A stretch of DNA of 14,553 nucleotides, taken from NCBI GenBank assembly GCA_008932965.1, contig WBXG01000040.1:1-14553 (forward strand), read 5' to 3'. The notes under the pieces were generated by a model that was not told the DNA's origin, did no database searches, and was given only the letters and a program-made list of their open reading frames with translations. This DNA comes from Verrucomicrobiota bacterium. Lineage in GTDB: Bacteria > Verrucomicrobiota > Verrucomicrobiia > Chthoniobacterales > UBA6821. Position 1 is the stretch's first letter, and each line of letters begins with the position of its first letter. Both the position numbers and the translations under genes were made by a program. Below are positions 1-8,799 of the stretch, piece by piece.

Positions 1-266
1 CCCGGATATTTCATACCAATCACCTGCGGAGGTCGATAAGCCAGCTGGATGCTGCGTTGAGCTCGAAGTCATCCTCGGGCAGTAGGGACTCATACAGCCC
101 TGCATCAAAATATGTTTCTGCGTTGACTCGCTCGCTCCCGCTCGTCTCGCCCTTTCAGGGCTGCCTAAAGGAAGTCTCTGGCAGTCCCCTCGCGGTCTTC
201 CGACCTCCGGTGGTTCCCCATCAGCCTTTGCAGCCTCCTCGTCACGATTAGTATGAAATATCTGGG
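1..266 (+). mobile_element. MITE-like palindromic element, copy A (long, composite variant; its 5' end coincides with the window edge)
   Basis: The 5' end cccggatatttcatacc (1-17) is the inverted complement of the 3' end gtatgaaatatctggg (251-266). Positions 1-105 align with the 5' arms of copies B-E. The centre gtagggactcatacagccc matches copy C, and the last ~50 nt (ccatcagcctttgcagcctcctcgtcacgattagtatgaaatat) match copies B and D. It carries ~85 nt of extra internal sequence. CTAG follows at 267-270. Confidence 0.85.
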
Positions 267-421
267 CTAGATAAGATTTTGAATGGTTTAGGAGCTCTTT
301 GTACGAAGCAGAAGAGTCTGTTTCCAAGCAACGATCCTGCACTTCGCATCTGCTTCTTTGATCACTAACCAGGTTTTTAGGAGGAAGTCCATTCACACTC
401 ATAGATCCTTTGGTGTCTCTC

Positions 422-2416
<1,995 letters not shown>

Positions 2417-2533
2417 CTACGAGTAACGCCTATTTTTTAAAAAAGGCGCATCTCCTGAAAATTTTACTAGCGTGCATCGCCAAGGAGACCTCTCAATAAT
2501 CTGTCTTACTGCCATTTTTAGAAAAATAATGAG

Positions 2534-2709
2534 CCCAGATGTTTGATACCGATCACCTGCGGAAGCCGGGAAGTTAGATGGATGCTGCGTTGATCTCGAA
2601 GTCTTCCTCGGGCAGTGTGTATACACACTGCCGTCGTCAGACTTCATCGCTCGCCTTGTCCCATCTGCCTTCGCGGCCTCCTCGTCACGATCAGTATGAA
2701 ATATGCAGG
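2534..2709 (+). mobile_element. MITE-like palindromic element, copy B (subfamily I)
   Basis: The 5' end is cccagatgtttgatacc and the 3' end is gtatgaaatatgcagg. A central perfect 22-nt palindrome ggcagtgtgtatacacactgcc (2611-2632) is extended by gaagtct/agacttc pairing. The copy is about three-quarters identical to copy D by eye. Flanks are TGAG (2530-2533) on the left and CTAG (2710-2713) on the right. Confidence 0.9.
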
Positions 2710-3777
2710 CTAGGTGTTCTGAAGGGTCGCCATATCAATGACAAAGCGGTAATGCACATCACTTCGAATCATGCGCTCAAAAGCGTTATTAATCTCTTCT
2801 ATCGAGATAAGTTCAATATCAGCTGTGATGTTATGCTCTCCACAAAAATCGAGCATCTCCTGAGTTTCTTTGATTCCGCCTATGAGTGAACCCGCAACTG
2901 TTTTGCGTCCTCGGATCAAATCAAACAACATGAATTCTATCGGTTTGCTTGGAGCTCCTACAATAGCCATCTTCCCATCACGTTTAAGTAAGTTTAAGTA
3001 GTGACTGATGTTATAGGGTGCTGAGATGGTATTTAAAATAAAATCAAAACTCTCCAGATGTTTCTTCATCGATTCCTCATCGGTAGAAACAACAATATCT
3101 TCTGCACCCAATTGAAGTGCATCAATTTTTTTATCAGGGGAGGTAGTAATGGCAAAGGTCTTGGCACCCAAGGCGTGAGCAAATTTAATGGCCATGTGTC
3201 CTAATCCTCCAATTCCAATAACAGCTACTTTTTGACCAGCTCTCACATTCCAATGACGCAGCGGAGAATAGGTTGTAATTCCAGCGCAAAGTAAAGGTGC
3301 TAGAGCAGCAAGAGGTAAATGTTTTGGAAGGCGTAAGACAAAATCTTCCTGGACGACGATGTGCTCAGAATATCCACCATAGGTCGGGGTTTTTTTATCT
3401 TGCTCGGTTCCATTGTAAGTGGAGGAGAATCCTTGTTCACAAAATTGTTCCAATCCCTCTTTGCAAGAACCACAGCTCCTACAAGAGTCGACCATGACAC
3501 CAACTCCTACCACATCCCCTAGCTGAAATTTTGTAACATGAGTTCCCACTCCCTTGACATGTCCTACAATTTCATGACCTGGAACAATGGGATAAGTACT
3601 ACCGCTCCACTCATTGCGAGCCTGATGAATATCGGAATGACAAACACCGCAATAATCGATACTAATGGCCACATCATGAGGTTCGAGAGAGCGCCGTTCT
3701 AATGAATACGGAACAAGAGGTGTTTTGGCACTTAAAGCAGCATAGGCTTTGGTAATGGAAAATGGTTTTTGGTTCAT
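2710..3777 (-). CDS. Zinc-dependent NAD(P)-alcohol dehydrogenase (MDR superfamily, cinnamyl-alcohol/YahK-like)
   Basis: Motifs present are the catalytic Zn site CGVCHSD, GHEIVGHV, the structural Zn site CRSCGSCKEGLEQFC and the Rossmann motif GIGGLGH. I moved the start to ATG 3775-3777 (MNQKPFSITKAY...). The 36 extra N-terminal codons of the track ORF (to 3885) look non-homologous and would overlap the divergent gene. Confidence 0.9.
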   Translation of the reverse strand: MNQKPFSITKAYAALSAKTPLVPYSLERRSLEPHDVAISIDYCGVCHSDIHQARNEWSGSTYPIVPGHEIVGHVKGVGTHVTKFQLGDVVGVGVMVDSCRSCGSCKEGLEQFCEQGFSSTYNGTEQDKKTPTYGGYSEHIVVQEDFVLRLPKHLPLAALAPLLCAGITTYSPLRHWNVRAGQKVAVIGIGGLGHMAIKFAHALGAKTFAITTSPDKKIDALQLGAEDIVVSTDEESMKKHLESFDFILNTISAPYNISHYLNLLKRDGKMAIVGAPSKPIEFMLFDLIRGRKTVAGSLIGGIKETQEMLDFCGEHNITADIELISIEEINNAFERMIRSDVHYRFVIDMATLQNT

Positions 3778-3833
3778 AATTTCTCGACATTTTGAGTGAT
3801 CATGAATAAGTTGAAAATACTTTTTTTGTAAAT

Positions 3834-5948
3834 ATGAGCACTCCTTTTGTAACAGGTCACAATATTGCTGCAACGAGCGACACAAATCAGGATATCTCCA
3901 GAGGTTCAGAGTCTTCTGATCAACATGTTCAGTTTGGCTCTACATTAATGAGTAAGACATCATCAACTCCAGCTTTAGACGAGCATGAGCGTAGGAGTAA
4001 GTTTCCAATCGAGAGTAGAAGCAATCTTACTCCTCAGCTCGTTTTAAATAGGGCTTTTTCTGATAATAGGGTAAAGGAGATTGTTGGAAGCTACTGCAAA
4101 AGGATTACCGAAATTGAAGAAGAAAAAAATGCACAATTAACTTCTTCTCAATCATTATTACATTCCAAACAATCCCATGCTTTAAGAAGAGGTTATGCAG
4201 CTGCCGTCAATGCTGATTGGGGAAATCAGTCAGAAACAGAAATAAGGGAAATTAAAAAAGTGGCAGCTAGTAAAAGATGTGTCACCACAGTGCAACTCAC
4301 TAAAAATCTTTTGCCTTATCAAAAAGAAGCTTTTCTAACCTTCCTTGATCAACGCTCTCAACAAATAGAAAATGATCCTGTTGCCTATGAGGATTCAACT
4401 CTCCAACAAGAGAAGAGCGAAGAAATACGCGCCTCTATTGAAAAAGTTTTTGCTATCAAAGAATCTCTTTTTTCTAAATCTCATACAGAAATTGAGAGTA
4501 CTGAAAAAGCAGATCTTCAAGCTTCTCTAGAAATTTCTGCAATTGCAGATGCTCTGTGTATGAGTCTCCTTAATGAGGATGCAGATAGTTATATTGAACA
4601 GGCTCGGGGGTCATTAAAAGAAGTGGATAACAGGGTCAATCTTACGGCTTCATGGTCTCAAGAAAATCGATTTTCTATTTCTGTATGGGGTACCCGATTC
4701 AAAGATGCTCTTGCTAAGCATCAAGCAGAACTGAAGCTTGCAGAGACACTCTCTCCCGAGACAGCGACATCGGTTGTTAAGGAAATCGTCGTTAATCTAG
4801 AGAAAGAAATGCTGGGGTTACGAGCTGCTATCACAGAATGTGATGTATCATTAAAGTTAGCAAAGCTTGAAGATCAGACCGCACTTAACCTCAATGCTCT
4901 CGGTCTTCAACAACTTCTCTCTGCAGCAAAATCTGCTGAAGCTATCTACAGTCGAATGGCAGAGGAGTATGAGGTTAAATTAAAAAACAGCCCTCAATTA
5001 CGAGCGGAACTTCTAAAGCTTTCCTCCTCCATTGCGAGGGATGATTCAGCGGAGACACCCCAAAAAACTCTTCTTGCGAGTCTTTTATCATCCCTGCCTC
5101 TAGCTCAGGTAACAGAATCATCTAAAAAATCAGACGAAATTTCCTTTTTATCTCAGCTTGATCTGCAACCAGAAGAAAAACTTGGTTATTTTGTCATTGG
5201 CACTCAAGAAAAAATAAAACTTACTCCACCTTCAGAATCGATTTCTGATGAGGATAGAGGACATTTTACTCAGGGGATACATCTTATCGAATTAGCACTT
5301 TTTAGAAATTTTGGAATGGAAGGAGTGAGGAATTTTAAAATGAAGTTTCATGATGCTATTCAAGCCGCAAGCCCCATAACGCTCAGCAAGCTGCAAGATT
5401 TTGTAAAATCCGAAAATAAAAGTAACAGCAATAGCTTTTATCTCTCGACTCAACATGGTTGGAGTGAGCTCCAAAATCAATGGGAAGATCCTACCAATAA
5501 TGGCCGAGTGATTCAATCTGAGGGAGTGTCATTTAATCCCTTTTCAAAAGAATTAGAATCAATAACAAAAACCCGAAATCAAGAGCAATCCATTCAAGAA
5601 GGAATCCAAGTCACACGAAAAGTTCTAGAGGATCATTTAGAAGAGCTCGCACCTCAGGTAAAGAGTGAAATACTAAATCGCTTTGACCAAAGATTTGTCA
5701 AAAATAAAATGTCACTAACCTTAGGAAGCCTTAAATCGCTTCTTCAAGAAAGTGAGCCGCAAGGTTATTTTAATTTATCAAAGGCCATTATTAACAATTT
5801 AAAATGGAATTTATTGAAAGCTTCTGTCGGTGCTATACAAAACACAGCATGGTTTTTAGGCTCAGGACCATTACCAGCTTTTGCATTAGAGTTTGCGATG
5901 GAGTTTTATGGGGACCTCACTATTAGAGAGAGAACGCTGGACCATTAG
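3834..5948 (+). CDS. Hypothetical 704-aa protein (ORFan) with a Ser/Thr/Gln-rich N-terminus, a long helical/coiled-coil-like middle and a hydrophobic C-terminal segment
   Basis: An uninterrupted 2.1-kb ORF in AT-rich sequence is very unlikely to be chance. I recognise no family motif. The start is uncertain: an alternative Met lies at codon 39 (MSKTSS), and only 56 bp separate the ORF from the divergent ADH start. Confidence 0.7.
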   Translation: MSTPFVTGHNIAATSDTNQDISRGSESSDQHVQFGSTLMSKTSSTPALDEHERRSKFPIESRSNLTPQLVLNRAFSDNRVKEIVGSYCKRITEIEEEKNAQLTSSQSLLHSKQSHALRRGYAAAVNADWGNQSETEIREIKKVAASKRCVTTVQLTKNLLPYQKEAFLTFLDQRSQQIENDPVAYEDSTLQQEKSEEIRASIEKVFAIKESLFSKSHTEIESTEKADLQASLEISAIADALCMSLLNEDADSYIEQARGSLKEVDNRVNLTASWSQENRFSISVWGTRFKDALAKHQAELKLAETLSPETATSVVKEIVVNLEKEMLGLRAAITECDVSLKLAKLEDQTALNLNALGLQQLLSAAKSAEAIYSRMAEEYEVKLKNSPQLRAELLKLSSSIARDDSAETPQKTLLASLLSSLPLAQVTESSKKSDEISFLSQLDLQPEEKLGYFVIGTQEKIKLTPPSESISDEDRGHFTQGIHLIELALFRNFGMEGVRNFKMKFHDAIQAASPITLSKLQDFVKSENKSNSNSFYLSTQHGWSELQNQWEDPTNNGRVIQSEGVSFNPFSKELESITKTRNQEQSIQEGIQVTRKVLEDHLEELAPQVKSEILNRFDQRFVKNKMSLTLGSLKSLLQESEPQGYFNLSKAIINNLKWNLLKASVGAIQNTAWFLGSGPLPAFALEFAMEFYGDLTIRERTLDH

Positions 5949-6113
5949 CACGAATGTTTCATACGGATTGAAACGAGGGAACGACCAAGACACGGTGCGA
6001 TTGGCTGACTGAGATACTCCTATCAAGGCTTATATGAGGGCTGTGTGAAGCCAACATGATGTCTGAGTTGTACCCCAGCTAACTCAAAACCTGAAAAAAG
6101 TGTGATGTAGAAA

Positions 6114-6557
6114 CTAGCGTTTCGAGAATTGGAAACGTTTTCTTGCTCCAGCACGACCTGGCTTATTACGCTCACGACGACGAGGATCGCGTGTGAGGAG
6201 TCCATTTTGTTTTAAAATGGGACGAAGTTCTGAATCAATGCCGTTGAGTGCACGGGCAATTGCAAGACTAACGGCACCTGCTTGTCCATTGAGCCCGCCA
6301 CCTTGTGTTTTAACAATCACATCGTATGACTTAATCGCATTCACAGAATCAAAAGGTTTTAATACCTTGTTCTGCATGGAGACAGTTGTGAAATAATCTG
6401 AAAACTCACGACCATTAACACGAATCTTTCCAGAGCCATCAACGAGACGAATAGTAGCAACAGCCGTCTTGCGGCGTCCAGTAGCTGTAACATTACCAGA
6501 ATTACCAACTTTGACTGGTGTTTTCGTTGTTTTTACGACTGGGGTTTCTTCGAGCAT
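6114..6557 (-). CDS. rpsI: 30S ribosomal protein S9
   Basis: The protein shows GRRKTAVA...GGGLNGQAGA...LTRDPRRRERNKPGRAGARKRFQFSKR, the canonical S9 core and C-terminus. It lies directly downstream of rplM, as in the conserved rplM-rpsI operon. Confidence 0.96.
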   Translation of the reverse strand: MLEETPVVKTTKTPVKVGNSGNVTATGRRKTAVATIRLVDGSGKIRVNGREFSDYFTTVSMQNKVLKPFDSVNAIKSYDVIVKTQGGGLNGQAGAVSLAIARALNGIDSELRPILKQNGLLTRDPRRRERNKPGRAGARKRFQFSKR

Positions 6558-6593
6558 AGTTTTATAAAAAAGAGTAACGCTGTTTGACCTAGA

Positions 6594-7037
6594 TTAAAGG
6601 GCTGCGGGAGCTAATGAAATAGACTGGGGATGATGGGCATGATGAGGATGTTCTGCTCCACTATAAACTTTAAGTTTTGTATAGATTTTAGAACCTAGAC
6701 GATTGTGAGGGATCATTCCTTTGACTGCTTTTTCGATGAGAAGTTCAGGACGACGTGCGCGGCGTTGGCGAAATGTTTCGGATTTATGACCACCAACAAA
6801 TCCCGAGAAACTCATGTAGGTTTTTTGAACCTCTTTTTTTCCGCTCACTTGAACTTCAGAAGCATTGATCACTACAACATAGTCCCCCGTATCAACGTGG
6901 GGTGTAAAGATAGCTTTATGCTTACCTCGAAGAAGATTTGCTGCTCTGACGGCTACATGGCCAAGGTATTGATTTTTAGCATCAATAACCCACCATTGAC
7001 GTTTTACTTCGGGTGCTTTTGCGGAGAAAGTTTTCAT
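6594..7037 (-). CDS. rplM: 50S ribosomal protein L13
   Basis: The protein shows WWVIDAKNQYLGHVA..LRGKHK..FTPHVDTGDYVVVINA...AVKGMIP.NRLG, typical L13. It lies 36 bp upstream of rpsI. Confidence 0.96.
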   Translation of the reverse strand: MKTFSAKAPEVKRQWWVIDAKNQYLGHVAVRAANLLRGKHKAIFTPHVDTGDYVVVINASEVQVSGKKEVQKTYMSFSGFVGGHKSETFRQRRARRPELLIEKAVKGMIPHNRLGSKIYTKLKVYSGAEHPHHAHHPQSISLAPAAL

Positions 7038-7063
7038 TCAGTTTCAGTGTGCGAGAGGGGGTG

Positions 7064-7092
7064 AAATTACTTTTAGATGCATTCAGTGTCAA
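7064..7092 (-). promoter_or_regulatory. Putative sigma-70-type promoter for rplM-rpsI
   Basis: On the minus strand: TTGACA (7092-7087), a 17-nt spacer, then TAATTT (7069-7064), about 27 nt upstream of the rplM ATG. The -35 is perfect and the -10 is mediocre. This is a sequence match only. Confidence 0.35.
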
Positions 7093-7108
7093 GGAAAAAT
7101 ATGGAAAA

Positions 7109-7510
7109 TTACTTTTCCTCCTGTATTTGAACCACTGGAAGTGGGATACGCATTTTTAACTCGTCATCAAGGTGAACCTCAACGTGATAAATACCAAAGC
7201 GTTTGAACTGAATGCCAGCAAAGAAATGAACATTGGTGGCATGAGCATTCATATTAGTAAGTTCAAAAGCGACGGTAGCTTCAGCTATTGGTTGCTTTTC
7301 TTCAGGATCAAAAATGGTAGTGCGTTGAGAAAAGCTTCCCACTCCACCACACCAGCGAGTCCAGAGACAAAGTTTAAAAAATCCGATAGGCAAGGTGCTG
7401 GTGGGAATCACTCCAAGAACACCTACGAGTGTTTGTTGGCCACTGTGTTCGGCGCGTACATCTTCGCAGAGAACGGCAGCTTGTAAATCGGGTAAAACGG
7501 GAGTGTTCAT
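7109..7510 (-). CDS. Hypothetical 133-aa protein
   Basis: The ORF is packed between uppP (30-bp gap) and rplM (71-bp gap) on the same strand. Its composition looks globular and non-repetitive. No family is recognisable by eye. Confidence 0.6.
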   Translation of the reverse strand: MNTPVLPDLQAAVLCEDVRAEHSGQQTLVGVLGVIPTSTLPIGFFKLCLWTRWCGGVGSFSQRTTIFDPEEKQPIAEATVAFELTNMNAHATNVHFFAGIQFKRFGIYHVEVHLDDELKMRIPLPVVQIQEEK

Positions 7511-7540
7511 GGAGAAAGAGTACAGAAAAGAACCAGGTGG

Positions 7541-8395
7541 CTATAGGAAAAAATAATTTAAGACGAGAATTCCTCCAGCTGCAACAAGGCAATAAAAACC
7601 AAAAAACTTCCATCGTCCCTCCTCTAACCAATGCGAAAGCCATTTCAAGGCGATAAGCCCTGCAAGAAAACTAAGCACCATTCCGGCACCGCATTGAACA
7701 AGGAGATGAAAGGTTTGTGAGCTTGAAGTGATTGTAGCGTCATGGAGAAATCGATGCAGTTCTTTCGCAATCACCAAAGGGGTTAAAACCACAGCAAGTG
7801 CAAAGCTGAATGCTTCAATTTTCTTTTTTGAAATTCCCAGTATGAGTCCCATTGAGATGGTCGACCCTGAACGAGAGAAGCCACGAAAGGGAAGAGAGAT
7901 ACCTTGAATAATACCGATCCAGCAGGAGGATTTGATATTCAATTCTTGAGAAGCGTTCCCCTTTTTACGTGTGCCAGCATAAATCATCACACTTCCAACA
8001 GTTGCCAAGGCAAATGAGATGAGCGGAAGATTAGAAAAGAGGTGTTCTATTTCTGCATGAGGGAGGTGGCGCATGAAGATTTTTTCAATCACTATTTTAA
8101 GTAGGAGCCCAAGGACTCCGGTGCACAGCGTAGCAACAAAGACCTGTGTTAGGATCTGCCTAAATTTCTTAAAGGAGGAAAAATAGTGAAACTGCCATTC
8201 TTTCCAAAAATAGAGAATGACAGCAAACATTGTGCCAGTATGGAGCATGACCAACAGTAAGGTCATGGCCGGTGCTGAAGGGTTCAGTCCCATGATCCGT
8301 TCTGCAACAATGACATGAGCAGAGCTAGATACTGGAAGTAGTTCGCAGAGACCTTGGATAATGGCTAGGAGAAAGATTTGTAAATAAGAGAGCAT
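7541..8395 (-). CDS. uppP: Undecaprenyl-diphosphatase (BacA/UppP)
   Basis: The N-terminal signature is IIQGLCELLPVSSSAHVIV (UppP motif QG.TE.LP.SSS.H), followed by a later SRSG motif (FRGFSRSGSTI). The 284-aa polytopic hydrophobic protein is of typical UppP length. Confidence 0.92.
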   Translation of the reverse strand: MLSYLQIFLLAIIQGLCELLPVSSSAHVIVAERIMGLNPSAPAMTLLLVMLHTGTMFAVILYFWKEWQFHYFSSFKKFRQILTQVFVATLCTGVLGLLLKIVIEKIFMRHLPHAEIEHLFSNLPLISFALATVGSVMIYAGTRKKGNASQELNIKSSCWIGIIQGISLPFRGFSRSGSTISMGLILGISKKKIEAFSFALAVVLTPLVIAKELHRFLHDATITSSSQTFHLLVQCGAGMVLSFLAGLIALKWLSHWLEEGRWKFFGFYCLVAAGGILVLNYFFL

Positions 8396-8416
8396 AAGTT
8401 GTGGTAATAAAGTTAA

Positions 8417-8599
8417 CTCGGATATTTCACACTAAATCACTTACGGCTTGTGGAAAGCGTATCATTACTGCGTTGGTCTCGAATTGTGATTGGGGGGTGC
8501 GGTAGGGACTCATACAGCCCGGCATCCCAATCCTTCGCCCGCCTTGTACTAATGAGCTTAGCACGGCGCCTCATGACATATCAGTATAAAATATCCGGG
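8417..8599 (+). mobile_element. MITE-like palindromic element, copy C (subfamily II)
   Basis: The 5' end is ctcggatatttcacac and the 3' end is gtataaaatatccggg. TTAA flanks both sides (8413-8416 and 8600-8603). The 63-nt block 8511-8573 is 61/63 identical to copy E. The element lies 21 nt upstream of the uppP start codon, in the uppP/nnr divergent region. Confidence 0.9.
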
Positions 8600-8799
8600 T
8601 TAAAAACTAAAAACATGCTTGAAAATAGAAAATAGGATGGACTCTGCCTGGGTTGAAGCATTTTTTTTAAAAAATACTGATGGCATAACCAATCTCATAT
8701 CATTCATAATGCCCTCTTCTGTGTTTGATTTCTAGGAGCCTCCTAGAAAAACTTGTTCTACTGTTAGTGAAAGTGACTTTTTTAACCGACCACCAAAGT

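Noticed and set aside
181-197. A GG-N10-GC spacing (tGGcagtcccctcGCgg) inside copy A as a second sigma-54 promoter
   Set aside because: Only the dinucleotides match. TGGCAG and TCGC are poor matches to TGGCAC and TTGC, and the motif is not conserved in the other copies.
57-251. Small + strand ORFs of 61-103 aa lying over the repeat copies (57-251, 2578-2889, 8450-8635, 10304-10522, 12298-12513)
   Set aside because: They coincide with the MITE-like repeats, have no consistent start or RBS, and run into antisense or flanking DNA. They are better explained as stop-poor repeat sequence than as genes. The open-frame pattern itself is reported as a low-interest finding.
3778-3885. The longer ADH start at 3885 given by the ORF track
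   Set aside because: The extra 36 residues (MCRSLQQYCDLLQ...) precede the canonical ADH N-terminus and would overlap the divergent 704-aa ORF. The ATG at 3777 gives a normal 355-aa enzyme.
5949-6113. Possible degenerate MITE relic or terminator in the convergent spacer between the 704-aa ORF and rpsI (gaatgtttcatacggatt resembles the element 5' end; small hairpins gtttca..tgaaac and gagtt..aactc)
   Set aside because: The similarity is limited to about 15 of 19 nt at one end, with no matching 3' terminus or arm homology that I can align. The hairpins are short and lack U-tracts. The evidence is too weak to call either feature.
7064-7116. An 11-bp direct repeat aaattactttt (7064-7074 and 7106-7116) around the rplM promoter region
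   Set aside because: It is short and AT-rich, and one copy overlaps the stop codon of the 133-aa ORF. Chance occurrence in AT-rich spacer DNA is plausible, and no further copies were seen.
6023-7656. Small ORFs overlapping rpsI, rplM, the 133-aa ORF and uppP (6023-6205 -, 6193-6396 +, 6705-7064 +, 7172-7486 +, 7374-7643 -, 7429-7656 +)
   Set aside because: These are antisense or out-of-frame shadows of well-supported genes.
8725-8799. TTG start at 8725 for nnr
   Set aside because: The ATG at 8800 yields the typical YjeF N-terminus (M..T..QM.E.E). The 25 upstream residues overlap the 21-bp palindrome and show no homology.
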